A stretch of 64,000 nt of DNA from Polyangiaceae bacterium (GTDB taxonomy: Bacteria; Myxococcota_A; Polyangia; Polyangiales; Polyangiaceae): NCBI GenBank assembly GCA_965222375.1, contig CBDCTZ010000008.1:160001-224000 (forward strand). The letters run 5' to 3'. The translations under genes were made by a program, and so were the position numbers. Below are positions 47,703 through 57,081 of the stretch, piece after piece. Under the pieces are notes generated by a model. That model had not been told where the DNA came from. It saw nothing but the letters and a program-made list of their open reading frames with translations, and ran no database searches. The number at the start of each line of letters is the position of its first letter. Positions within the stretch are counted from its first letter, which is position 1.

Positions 47703-50700
47703 TCAGTGGAAGTCTCGGGACATCCGCCAGCCGCTCTGTTTTTGCACATCGAGACGCTCGAGTTCATCCACGATCAGATGGATCACAGGAGTTGGCGCCG
47801 AATCCTTCGCTGAGTCACCCGCACCAACTTTCCGAGTGGCCACAGCATCGTGCAGCACCTTCGGTGCATCCGGCGGCACGTTGGGCTGCCGTTCGATCCG
47901 CCCTCGAGCCAGAAGTAACGTGGCATGCCGCGCTATCAGGCGCAGCCGCTGGTACACACGATTCCAGAGCACCAGGTTGGCGAATCCGGTTTCGTCTTCC
48001 AGGGTGATGAACACCACGCCACTGGCAGTGCCAGGCTGCTGACGGCAGATCACCAAACCCGCCGACTCGACGACAGTGCCTTGCGGGACTGCATCGAGCT
48101 GTCGGGCTGTGAGGACTCCGCGCCGCTTCAGCGCGGCGCGCAGATGCAGCATCGGGTGGTCGTCTACACTGAGACTCTTTTGACCGTAGTCCAAAACCAG
48201 CTGTTCGGCTCGCCGCAAGGGCGGCAAGCTCACTTTGGACTCCGCCGGCTCGATGCCACGAAAGAGTCCCTCCACCCGAGGTGCGCGCAATTGCCACATG
48301 GCCTGCCGCCGACCCGGGGTCAAAGACTCCAGGGCTCCTGCTTGCGCCAACTTCTCGAGTTCGTCCCGTCGCAAACGCGTCCGCAGCATCAAATCCCCTA
48401 GATCCGCGAAGGGCCGCTCACCTCGCGCAGCCTCGATGCGCCGCGCGCTGGCCTCCCCTAAGCCTTTGATCACTCGGAAGCCAAGCCGAACCGCACGCTT
48501 GGCTCCGACGGCAGTGCTCGATATCCGACACTTTGGGCTCGCTGCTTCCAAGCTACAATCCCAACCGCTGTGCTCGATGGACACATCCAATACCTCCACC
48601 CCGTGACGTTGGGCGTCCTGGAGCAACGTGCTCTTTGTGTAGAAACCCATCGGCTGCGAATTGATCAGCCCGCACACGAAATGCGCCGGGTAGTGCGCTT
48701 TCTGCCAGGCTGAGGAGTACACGATCAGCGCAAAGCTCGCGGCATGGGACTCGGGAAAGCCATAATCCCCGAAGCCCTTGATCTGTTCGAAGAGCGCTTC
48801 TCCAAAGCTCTGAGGGATCCCCTTTTTCTCGAAGCCATCCAGCAAACGCTGTCGATGGCGCATGAGCCGGCCGCTCTTCTTCCATGCGGCCATGTCTCGC
48901 CGCAGCTGGTCCGCCTCCCCGCCGCTATAGCCCGCGCCCTCGATGGAGATCTGCATCACTTGCTCCTGAAACAACGGAACCCCCAGGGTGCGTTCGAGAA
49001 TAGGCCACAAGTCTGGATGCGGACAGCGCACGGGTTCTTCGCCATTTCGTCGACGCAGATACGGATGCACCATGCCCCCTTGAATCGGCCCAGGTCTCAC
49101 GATGGCCACCTCGATCACCAGATCGTAGAAACGTCGTGGCTTGAGCCGAGGCAACATCGCCATTTGCGCTCGGCTTTCGATCTGGAACACGCCGACGGTG
49201 TCGCCACGACACGCCAAGTCGTACACAGCCGGGTCCTCAGACGGCAATCGCGTGATGACTTCCAGGGGGTCGAAGTTTTCCTCCCCTGGCTCTCGCAGCC
49301 CGCCACCCTCGTGAATCAATTCGAGGCATTTGCGCACCGCAGTGAGCATGCCCAAACCCAAAACGTCGACTTTGAAGAAGCCAAGAGCCTCGATGTCGTC
49401 CTTGTCCCAAGGAATGACCGTGCGGCCCTCCATGCGAGCAGGCTCCACCGGCGCCACTTCATGCAAGGGTGCAGCACTGAGCACGAAGCCTCCAACATGG
49501 ATCGACAAATGCCTCGGAAAACCCGCCAAGGCCTGGGCCATCCGGACCACCTTCGATAGCCGCTCGTCGCGAGCGTCGAAGCCCACTTCTCCGAGGCGAG
49601 CGTCGGAGGTTTCAGCCGTATCCCAATGGGTGATGGTCCCAGAAAGGCGATCGATCTGTTCCAAGGAAAGCCCGAAGGCTTTGCCCACTTCCCGCAGCGC
49701 GCTCTTGCCTCGATAGCAGATGACTTCACTGACCATGGCAGCGCGCTCTCGACCGTGCCGCGCATAGACTTCCTGAATCACCTCCTCCCGGCGCTCGTGT
49801 TCGAAATCGATGTCGATGTCCGGCGGCTCACTGCGCTCCGGGCTCATGAACCGCTCGAAGAGCAAGTTCGAACGTGCCGGATCTACAGCGCTGATACCGA
49901 GCACGAAACACACCGCGCTATTGGCCGCGCTGCCTCGACCTTGGCACAAGATCCGCTTTTCTCGAGCAATCTCGACAACCTCCCAAGTGCTCAGAAAGTA
50001 GGGCGCCACCTGTAGCCGAGCGATGAGGAAAAGTTCTCGATCGATCTGAACAGAGACCGACTCGGGAGTACCCGCGGGATAACGGCGCAGAGCTCCCTCG
50101 TGACACAGGCGGCGCAATTTCTCATCGGCACTCTCCCCGGGCTCCAGACTGCAGGGGAAATGGTAGCGCAGCTCATTCAAAGAAAAACGATGCTCCTGCG
50201 CAACCTCTGCGGTGTGTTCGACCCACCCCGGACGATCCCGAAAGAGTCGCAGCATCTCCACCTCAGAGCGTAAGAAAGCCTCGGCATTAGCAGACAGAGC
50301 CGTACCCGCCTTGTCCAGAGTCGTCCCCTCTCGGATGCAGTGCAGCACATCCGCCAAGGGCTTTCTCGAGCGGTCGTGAAATAGCGGGCGACCGCTCGCG
50401 AGCACGCACATATTGAAGTGCTCGGACCAAGTCTCCACTTCGTCGATCCGCTGCCGGTCGAAACCATCCAAGTGACGGTGAGCGAGCAAGAACGCATGCT
50501 CACGAAAAATGTCCCTCACCCTTTGGAGCAGTTCCCCTGGCGGCGCATCCGGACCGGCGGGATTGACCGGCCCTGGCACCAACGCCGTGAGCCCCGCCCT
50601 GTGCTCCTCCAACCAGTCGATGGCAAGCCGTCCCTCACCCTTCGGCACATCTGCGTGACAGCGAGTGATGAGCCGACACAAGTTTGCATAGCCATCATGA

Positions 50701-50939
50701 TCCCGAACCAAGACGATCAACGAGCCGTGCTTCAGGTTGAGTTCGGCCCCGATGATCAGAGGCTGCTCGATCTCTCGCGCTCGCACGTGCGCTCGAGGTG
50801 CGCCGTACAGCCCCATGTGGTCGGTGATGGCGACGGCACACAACCCAAGCTGCCCGGCGCGCTCCACCATCTCCTCCGGATGGGAAGCGCCCCGGAGAAA
50901 TGAGAAGCAAGAACGCGCTGCCAGCTCCGCAAACGCCAT
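47703..50939 (-). CDS. dnaE2: Error-prone DNA polymerase DnaE2 (ImuC)
   Basis: SCFSFLRGASHPEE PHP domain, GRGSAANS, PDIDIDF, GFPESHA, C-terminal SRDFH. Confidence 0.96.
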   Translation of the reverse strand: MAFAELAARSCFSFLRGASHPEEMVERAGQLGLCAVAITDHMGLYGAPRAHVRAREIEQPLIIGAELNLKHGSLIVLVRDHDGYANLCRLITRCHADVPKGEGRLAIDWLEEHRAGLTALVPGPVNPAGPDAPPGELLQRVRDIFREHAFLLAHRHLDGFDRQRIDEVETWSEHFNMCVLASGRPLFHDRSRKPLADVLHCIREGTTLDKAGTALSANAEAFLRSEVEMLRLFRDRPGWVEHTAEVAQEHRFSLNELRYHFPCSLEPGESADEKLRRLCHEGALRRYPAGTPESVSVQIDRELFLIARLQVAPYFLSTWEVVEIAREKRILCQGRGSAANSAVCFVLGISAVDPARSNLLFERFMSPERSEPPDIDIDFEHERREEVIQEVYARHGRERAAMVSEVICYRGKSALREVGKAFGLSLEQIDRLSGTITHWDTAETSDARLGEVGFDARDERLSKVVRMAQALAGFPRHLSIHVGGFVLSAAPLHEVAPVEPARMEGRTVIPWDKDDIEALGFFKVDVLGLGMLTAVRKCLELIHEGGGLREPGEENFDPLEVITRLPSEDPAVYDLACRGDTVGVFQIESRAQMAMLPRLKPRRFYDLVIEVAIVRPGPIQGGMVHPYLRRRNGEEPVRCPHPDLWPILERTLGVPLFQEQVMQISIEGAGYSGGEADQLRRDMAAWKKSGRLMRHRQRLLDGFEKKGIPQSFGEALFEQIKGFGDYGFPESHAASFALIVYSSAWQKAHYPAHFVCGLINSQPMGFYTKSTLLQDAQRHGVEVLDVSIEHSGWDCSLEAASPKCRISSTAVGAKRAVRLGFRVIKGLGEASARRIEAARGERPFADLGDLMLRTRLRRDELEKLAQAGALESLTPGRRQAMWQLRAPRVEGLFRGIEPAESKVSLPPLRRAEQLVLDYGQKSLSVDDHPMLHLRAALKRRGVLTARQLDAVPQGTVVESAGLVICRQQPGTASGVVFITLEDETGFANLVLWNRVYQRLRLIARHATLLLARGRIERQPNVPPDAPKVLHDAVATRKVGAGDSAKDSAPTPVIHLIVDELERLDVQKQSGWRMSRDFH

Positions 50940-50941
50940 AA

Positions 50942-50957
50942 CTGAACAAAAGCTCAG
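50942..50957 (-). promoter_or_regulatory. Candidate LexA (SOS) box of dnaE2
   Basis: CTGAAC-AAAA-GCTCAG (plus strand), 2 nt from the ATG; near-identical site at imuA. Confidence 0.7.
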
Positions 50958-51130
50958 CTTTTGTTTTGGTGAAAGTATTATTATCTAACTATATGATTTT
51001 ATTGTTTTTTATGTAACGGATCAGATCGTCATCGACGCCTTCGCGGATCGCTGCAGTCCGGCTCTCGCACCCCCTCGTGGCACAGCCTGACCCAAAACCC
51101 CTGGTCCGGGGCTTGCAGATGATCTGAGTC

Positions 51131-52489
51131 ATGAAGCTTCGAACCAATCTAGGACTGTGGCGGGGGGGCCTGCTGCTCGCCCTCGGCTTGACCGTGGCAG
51201 CCGGCTGTAGCTCCACGTCCGACGGCGACGCGGGATCGTTTCCCTGCAACAGCCCGCAGGCTCGCGGGGCCGGCTACGAGAACTGCGACGGCGGCTGGGT
51301 GCACCGACCTGAGATCCTGTCCTGCACCTCGTCCGTGCCCAGAACCGGCGAAGTCTGCTCCGCCGGAGGACAGTGCTCCACAGACGCGGAGTGCTCGGCA
51401 CAGACCAACAGTTTTTGCGCTCCAGGGATCCAGATCGGGTGTCACTGCCGCGCGGGCTGCACCAGCGATAGCGAGTGTGGCACCGGCCAAATCTGCCTGT
51501 GTGGCGATCCCGTCGGCACCTGCGTTTCAGCAACTTGCACCAGCGACGCGGATTGCGGCGAGGGCATGATGTGCGCGTCGCACGAAAGCGGGGACTCCTG
51601 CGGGTTCGGGATTGTCGGCTTCGCCTGCCAAACCGCCGAGGACGAATGCGTCGATTCGAAGGATTGCGCCCAAGGCCAGAGCTGCGTGTTGAGGGAAAAG
51701 CGTCGCATCTGCGCCAAAACCAATCCCTGCGCAGCCGGCCGCCCCTTCTTGGTGCGGGACGAAGTTCGGCTTGCCCAACCCGAAAGCCGTGGGGATTGGC
51801 AGCTGCCATTGCCCATGACCGCCGCGGATCTGCCCGAATCCGTTCGCACCCAGCTCAAACGCTGGTGGACCGACGTGGGGCTCATGGAGCACGCCTCCGT
51901 TGCCGCCTTCGCTCGCTTCTCTTTGCAACTACTGGCCTTGGGCGCGCCCGCCAGCCTGGTCAGCGAAAGCCAGCAAGCCATGGGTGACGAAATCGAACAC
52001 GCACGCATCTGCTTCGGTCTTGCCTCCCACTACGGCGCCGCGCCGGTCGGACCCGGAGTACTGCCCAGCCAAGGAGCCCTCGATGGCCAAGACAGCCTCG
52101 AAGCGGTGGTGCGCCTCACCTTCCGAGAGGGCTGTATCGGGGAAACCTGCGCCGCCCTCGAAGCCGAAGAGGCCGCGAGCCATTGCCAGGACGCCGCGGT
52201 TAGCAAGGTCCTGCGACGCATCGCTCAGGATGAATTGCGTCACGCGGCATTAGCGTGGCGTTTCATCCAATGGGCTCTGGACACTAGTGGCGGCAGCCTC
52301 GATCACATCATCGATGAAGAAGTGGCGCGGGCGCGGGCGCAGTCCGTGCCCGTAGCGGAAACGCCAAACCTGCTTGCCTTCGGTGTGCCGAGCCCAGCCC
52401 TGAGAGCCGAGCTCCGCGACCGAGCTGTCGAAGAGGTCGTCGGCCCCTGCGCCCGAGCACTGATCATCGAGCGCGCCGCAGCAGCCTGA
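51131..52489 (+). CDS. Cys-rich lipoprotein with C-terminal ferritin-like domain
   Basis: Lipobox AAGC; four CxxDxxC repeats; GRP linker; MEHAS, DEIEHA, EGCIGET, DELRHA. Confidence 0.82.
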   Translation: MKLRTNLGLWRGGLLLALGLTVAAGCSSTSDGDAGSFPCNSPQARGAGYENCDGGWVHRPEILSCTSSVPRTGEVCSAGGQCSTDAECSAQTNSFCAPGIQIGCHCRAGCTSDSECGTGQICLCGDPVGTCVSATCTSDADCGEGMMCASHESGDSCGFGIVGFACQTAEDECVDSKDCAQGQSCVLREKRRICAKTNPCAAGRPFLVRDEVRLAQPESRGDWQLPLPMTAADLPESVRTQLKRWWTDVGLMEHASVAAFARFSLQLLALGAPASLVSESQQAMGDEIEHARICFGLASHYGAAPVGPGVLPSQGALDGQDSLEAVVRLTFREGCIGETCAALEAEEAASHCQDAAVSKVLRRIAQDELRHAALAWRFIQWALDTSGGSLDHIIDEEVARARAQSVPVAETPNLLAFGVPSPALRAELRDRAVEEVVGPCARALIIERAAAA

Positions 52490-52666
52490 GCGCACCAGCA
52501 AATCCGGGGCCCAGAGGCCATCCAGACTGGGGCGATCCCACGGCACAGCGTTGTTCCGTTCCTGAATAAAAACCGCAGCTTAGCCGGGTTCGCGGGAGAA
52601 TATCGGGTTGCCGCCACGCCAGCTCACAGCTAATCCTGCGTTCTCGACTTGAACTGGAGACACCCC

Positions 52667-53041
52667 ATGACCCGAATGACGATCCTGGCCGCTTCCGCGG
52701 CCTTCCTTGCGACCGCCTGTGGCGGAGCCGCAGCGCCCAACGAGCAGATGACAGCAGCCCGCGCGGCCATCCGCGCAGCCGAGGTCGGCGGCGCGCAAGC
52801 CTCGCCCGAGGCAACTCTCCGCTTGAAGAAGGCTAACGAGCAGGTGGCCTTGGCCAAGAGCCTGATCAAAGAGGGCAAGAACGAAGAAGCGGAGTGGGTG
52901 CTGCGCAAAGCGGAGGTCGACGCAGAGCTCGCGCTGACTCTCGCTCGCGAGCAGACCGCGCATGCCGAGGCCACTCGGGCCATCGACGAAGTCAAAAAGC
53001 TCCGCACCGAGCTGGGTGGATCGGACAAGCCGCAGAGCTGA
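52667..53041 (+). CDS. DUF4398-like helical lipoprotein
   Basis: Lipobox ATAC; AAIRAAE..GA...AEVDAELA; typical position upstream of an OmpA gene. Confidence 0.8.
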   Translation: MTRMTILAASAAFLATACGGAAAPNEQMTAARAAIRAAEVGGAQASPEATLRLKKANEQVALAKSLIKEGKNEEAEWVLRKAEVDAELALTLAREQTAHAEATRAIDEVKKLRTELGGSDKPQS

Positions 53042-53055
53042 AAGGAGGATTCGAT

Positions 53056-54027
53056 ATGACAACGCCCAAGCCACGCATCCTCGGCAGCACTCTCGCCCTC
53101 GCCCTCCTCGTCGGTTGCGGCTCCAACCTGGCGCCCCAAGAACTCCGTGACGCCCGCGACGCCTACAAGAAGGCGGAAGCCAGCCCGGCCAAGCAGCTCA
53201 CCCCAGCCGCCCTCGACGACGCGCGTCAGGCCCTTGATCGCGCAGAGCAGGCCTTTCAGGGCAGTGAGGACGACGCCAAGATCAGCAACCTGGCCTACAT
53301 CGCGACCCGGCGTGCCGACATTGCAGCCTCCATCGGCCGCACTCAGGCCGCGATGCAAGCGCAGGCTCAGGCCGAGAAAGATCGGCTATCGCTCCAGGAA
53401 GCACTGCAGAAAAGCACCACCGCCAAACTGACCGCCACCGAGCGCAAGCTGGAAAAAGAGCGTCTCGCACGAGAGCGTGCCGCCGAAGACGCCGCTCGCC
53501 GCGAGAAGGACCTCAAGATGACCGCTGCTCAGCGGGAAAAGGCCCTCAAAGAGAAAGAAGCCAAGACCAAAGCCGAGCTGGCCAAAGAGCGCGCAGCCCG
53601 CAAGAAGCTCGAAACCAAGTACGCCGCAGCCCTAGCCAGCTTGGCCGAAGTCGCCAAGATCAAGGAAGAGAAGCGCGGTGTGGTCATCACCCTGAGCGGC
53701 GCGGTGCTGTTCGCGACGGGGAAGTACGCGCTGCTGGCCCTCGCCAAGAACAAGCTGGATGACGTCGCGAAGGCCGTCAAAGACCAAGGCTTCAAGTCCA
53801 TCACCGTCGAAGGTCACACCGACTCCCGCGGTTCTGGCGACAAAAACCGCGAGCTGAGCATCCGGCGCGCCGAATCCGTACGCACCTACCTGATCTCCCG
53901 CGGCATCAAAGCCTCCAAGATCAAGGCCGTCGGCATCGGCGAAGATCGCCCCATCGCGAGCAACAAGACCGCCGAAGGCCGAGCCAACAACCGCCGCGTC
54001 GAACTCATCGTCGTCCCGGAGAATTGA
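53056..54027 (+). CDS. OmpA-family peptidoglycan-binding lipoprotein with coiled-coil N-terminus
   Basis: AGGAGG RBS; lipobox LVGC; VEGHTDSRG, LSIRRA, GRANNRRVE. Confidence 0.92.
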   Translation: MTTPKPRILGSTLALALLVGCGSNLAPQELRDARDAYKKAEASPAKQLTPAALDDARQALDRAEQAFQGSEDDAKISNLAYIATRRADIAASIGRTQAAMQAQAQAEKDRLSLQEALQKSTTAKLTATERKLEKERLARERAAEDAARREKDLKMTAAQREKALKEKEAKTKAELAKERAARKKLETKYAAALASLAEVAKIKEEKRGVVITLSGAVLFATGKYALLALAKNKLDDVAKAVKDQGFKSITVEGHTDSRGSGDKNRELSIRRAESVRTYLISRGIKASKIKAVGIGEDRPIASNKTAEGRANNRRVELIVVPEN

Positions 54028-54104
54028 TTCGCGCGTAGGCGCGTGCGGACCGCTCGTGGAAGTCGGCTGCTGAAGGGCTGACGCGTCGCGACCAAACTGA
54101 ACCC

Positions 54105-54130
54105 CGCGCCCGCCCTCACGCTCGCGCCCG
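54105..54130. repeat. 26-bp direct repeat, copy 1 (degenerate hexamer array)
   Basis: CGCGCCCGCCCTCACGCTCGCGCCCG, identical to 55667-55692. Confidence 0.85.
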
Positions 54131-54244
54131 GCGCGCCACCGCGCCCCACCGCGAGATTAGGGCGAAAGCGCCGCCCCATCTCTCGACCCCCCGACCAACC
54201 GAAAAATTTGCCCAAAGCCGTGGCTGTGGGCGAGTCACAAGCGC

Positions 54245-55645
54245 GTGGAACTCGACCGATCCCTGCTTTTGACTCTGCCCTTCTTGGCGTTTGGCTGCTC
54301 CGATCCGACTCCAGCACCGCCCGCAGAAGCGCGACCCGAGGCGCCATCGACTGCAGGCGATCCGGCACCAGCTGCCAAAGCCGCAACTCCGAAGGCGGCG
54401 GCCCCCAAAGCTGCGCCCAAGGCAAAGCGTACCTTTGGCAACAAGCCCCTCAATGTGATCTTGCTGACCGTGGACGCATTGCGAGCGGACATGCCGTGGA
54501 CTGGCTACAGCAAGCCGATTGCTCCGAACCTGAGCAAGCTCGCCAAGCACTCGGCCGTCTTCGAAAACCATCGGGCCACCACGAGTGTGACTGCACAGAG
54601 CGTTCCGACGCTGCTCAGCGGACGCATGGCCTCTAGCTTGTATCGCACAGGCTACTTCTTCGCCGGCTACAGCGAGCACAACGAGTTCTTTCCGGAGCTG
54701 CTTCAGCAGAGCGGCATTCGAACCATCGGTGTGCAAGCCCACATGTACTTCAATCGGGGTAAGGGACTCGATCAAGGCTTCGATGTTTGGAACATGGTCG
54801 AGGGCATCACCTACAACGAAAAGACCGACGAGCACGTCACTAGCGAGAAGACAACGCAGGCCCTGACGGAGCTACTTTCCAAGCCTGAAAACACGGCGGG
54901 TCGGTTCTTCGCCTGGACCCACTACATGGATCCCCACCACGAATACGTGAAGCACAAGGACAGCCCGTCCTTCGGCAAGGGGCTGCGGGCGGCCTACGAC
55001 GCGGAAGTGCACCACACGGACAAGTACATCGGGAAGTTCTTGGCCTTCGCAGAGCAGCAACCTTGGTGGAAGGAAACGGCCGTGATTGTCACGGCAGATC
55101 ATGGGGAAGCGTTTGGCGAACATGGCCGCAACCAGCATGCCCACGAGCTCTACGACGAAGTCGTGAAGGTTCCGCTATTGGTCTATGCGCCAGGGCTTCC
55201 GCCTCAACGCGTCACGACTGCGCATACCCACGTCGACCTGGCGCCCACCATCATGGAGATCATGGGCAAGCAGCCCACCGAAGGCATGCAGGGCACCAGC
55301 TTGATCCCGATCCTGAAGGGCGAGGCAATGCCGAACAAGCCCGTGACTCTCGAGCTAGCGGCGGACAACGTGCAAGCGCCACGCAAGGCCATCGTTTCCG
55401 GAGACTACAAGTTGATTCGATTTGGCTCGAAGTCCGGCGCGAGAGAAAAGCTCTTCAACCTGAGCTCTGACCCACAGGAAGCCCGAAACCTGTCTCGACA
55501 AGAGCCCGAGAAGGCGGCAGAGCTTTCGCGCTTGCTCGACCAACGCTTTCACTCCGTACCCAAAGTGCAGCCCTACGGCGGCATGCGCCTGAAGGACGGC
55601 AGCGTCGCCAACGGCCCCCGCAAGCCCAGTGTCGCCGCGCTCTAG
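54245..55645 (+). CDS. Sulfatase-like / alkaline phosphatase superfamily lipoprotein
   Basis: NVILLTVDALRAD, HYMDPH, YDAEV, TADHGE, VDLAPT; lipobox AFGC. Confidence 0.88.
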   Translation: MELDRSLLLTLPFLAFGCSDPTPAPPAEARPEAPSTAGDPAPAAKAATPKAAAPKAAPKAKRTFGNKPLNVILLTVDALRADMPWTGYSKPIAPNLSKLAKHSAVFENHRATTSVTAQSVPTLLSGRMASSLYRTGYFFAGYSEHNEFFPELLQQSGIRTIGVQAHMYFNRGKGLDQGFDVWNMVEGITYNEKTDEHVTSEKTTQALTELLSKPENTAGRFFAWTHYMDPHHEYVKHKDSPSFGKGLRAAYDAEVHHTDKYIGKFLAFAEQQPWWKETAVIVTADHGEAFGEHGRNQHAHELYDEVVKVPLLVYAPGLPPQRVTTAHTHVDLAPTIMEIMGKQPTEGMQGTSLIPILKGEAMPNKPVTLELAADNVQAPRKAIVSGDYKLIRFGSKSGAREKLFNLSSDPQEARNLSRQEPEKAAELSRLLDQRFHSVPKVQPYGGMRLKDGSVANGPRKPSVAAL

Positions 55646-55666
55646 CGTCGCAAGCCCGGCCCTATT

Positions 55667-55726
55667 CGCGCCCGCCCTCACGCTCGCGCCCGCTCTCACG
55701 CTCACTCTCGCGCCCACGCCCGCGCT
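55667..55726. repeat. Degenerate hexamer array C[AG]C[GCT]C[CT] x10, containing copy 2 of the 26-bp repeat
   Basis: cgcgcc cgccct cacgct cgcgcc cgctct cacgct cactct cgcgcc cacgcc cgcgct. Confidence 0.85.
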
Positions 55727-56529
55727 CAATCTGCCAAGTGCACCCAGCGCCGACTCGCCTCATCAGCCGGAAAATAGCTCTCGATGCGCATTTCCTCAGT
55801 GGTGACATCGAGGGGGGTACCCAGGGTCGTCAGGGTCGTGAAAAGCCGCACCTCCACGCCGCCACGGCGCAGGTGAACGGGGATGACGAGTTCCGGCGGT
55901 GTCGAAAGCTGCGGACGCCGAAGCGCCTCGGGCACTCCTGGGTAGGTGAGCACGTCGGTCAGTGCGCGGCGGGCGACGCCCCGCTCGCTCTCGGCGGCGG
56001 CGTCGCGATGGAGACGGTGCACGATGTGACGCACGACTTCGTCCCAGTTGACCATGCTGCTCTTGAGTCCACGAGGATCGAAAACCACGCGCATCAAGTT
56101 CGTGCCCAACTCGGGCAGAAGCGATGGATCCGCACAGAACGTGTTGAGCATGCGCAGGGCGCCCGCATTTGCCTGCAGGACTTGCCACTGACCGCCAAGC
56201 AGCACGGCACCGTTGGGCTCGAGAGCACTCAGGATGCAGTCGGCGGCAGCGCGCACGTGCGCCATTTCCGGCGCGTCCAAGGGCGTCTGTCCGTAGACGG
56301 GAGCAAAGCCTGCCGCGACCAACAGTGTATTGCGCTCCCGCAGCGGCAGCTCCAGAGCGGCGGAGAGGTTCAGCAACATGTCTCGGCTTGGTCTGGCCTT
56401 GCCGTTTTCCAGGCAGCTGATGTGGCGCGTGGACACTTCGGCCACTTGGCTGAGGGACATCTGACTCAGGCCGCGGGCCTGGCGGTAGTGGCGCAACAGA
56501 CGGGCGGCACCCGGAGCGGGAGAACTCAT
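55726..56529 (-). CDS. XRE-family HTH regulator with MmyB-like ligand-binding domain
   Basis: RGLSQMSL...VSTRHISCLENGKARPSR, LRERNTLL, TTLGTPLDVT..EMRIESYFPAD. Confidence 0.9.
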   Translation of the reverse strand: MSSPAPGAARLLRHYRQARGLSQMSLSQVAEVSTRHISCLENGKARPSRDMLLNLSAALELPLRERNTLLVAAGFAPVYGQTPLDAPEMAHVRAAADCILSALEPNGAVLLGGQWQVLQANAGALRMLNTFCADPSLLPELGTNLMRVVFDPRGLKSSMVNWDEVVRHIVHRLHRDAAAESERGVARRALTDVLTYPGVPEALRRPQLSTPPELVIPVHLRRGGVEVRLFTTLTTLGTPLDVTTEEMRIESYFPADEASRRWVHLAD

Positions 56530-56562
56530 GGGCCTCAGTCTAGGCCAGGCTGAGCATCAGAA

Positions 56563-56581
56563 CATGACCTGGGAGGTCATG
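56563..56581. promoter_or_regulatory. Palindromic operator between the regulator and its divergent gene
   Basis: CATGACCT-GGG-AGGTCATG, perfect 8-bp arms. Confidence 0.7.
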
Positions 56582-56628
56582 GCGGTAGTGACCCTGGCGT
56601 CGCAGGTTGTCGGCCTAGGAGGACATCC

Positions 56629-56940
56629 ATGAACCGAAAAGCTCTCGTGCCTGCAATCGTTCTGACCCTATTCGTGGCCTTCAGTAGCTGGGTGGTCGCC
56701 CAGGAGGGCTACTTCGGATTCGTAACCCTCGCCGTGACCGAGCCTTGGGGCGGTCAGATCTTCCTCGATCTATGCATTGCCCTGGTGTTGGTCAGCGGTT
56801 GGTTGATCCGCGACGCCCGTAGCCGGGGCATCAATCCCTGGCCCTACGTGCTGACCATCCCGCTACTCGGGTCCATCCCTCCCCTCGCCTACCTGGTGGT
56901 GCGCAGCTTGAAGAAGCCGGCCGAATTGAGCGTCGCGTAG
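56629..56940 (+). CDS. Small three-TM membrane protein (DUF2834-like)
   Basis: AGGAGG RBS; QIFLDL...W..RDAR.RG...GSIPPLAYL. Confidence 0.75.
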   Translation: MNRKALVPAIVLTLFVAFSSWVVAQEGYFGFVTLAVTEPWGGQIFLDLCIALVLVSGWLIRDARSRGINPWPYVLTIPLLGSIPPLAYLVVRSLKKPAELSVA

Positions 56941-57081
56941 AGCGCTTGGCGGGGTGCTGAAGCTGACGGCGCGCAGCGACGGCTCCACACGGCTGCCTCC
57001 GAGGGCAAGAGCAAGACCACCCGAGGCCTGGACGCAAAGACGGGAAGCGCTCGCTCACGCTCTGAGGTGTCAGCGACGCCG

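Noticed and set aside
54105..55726. CRISPR array
   Set aside because: Only two low-complexity copies 1.5 kb apart, no spacers and no cas genes in the window
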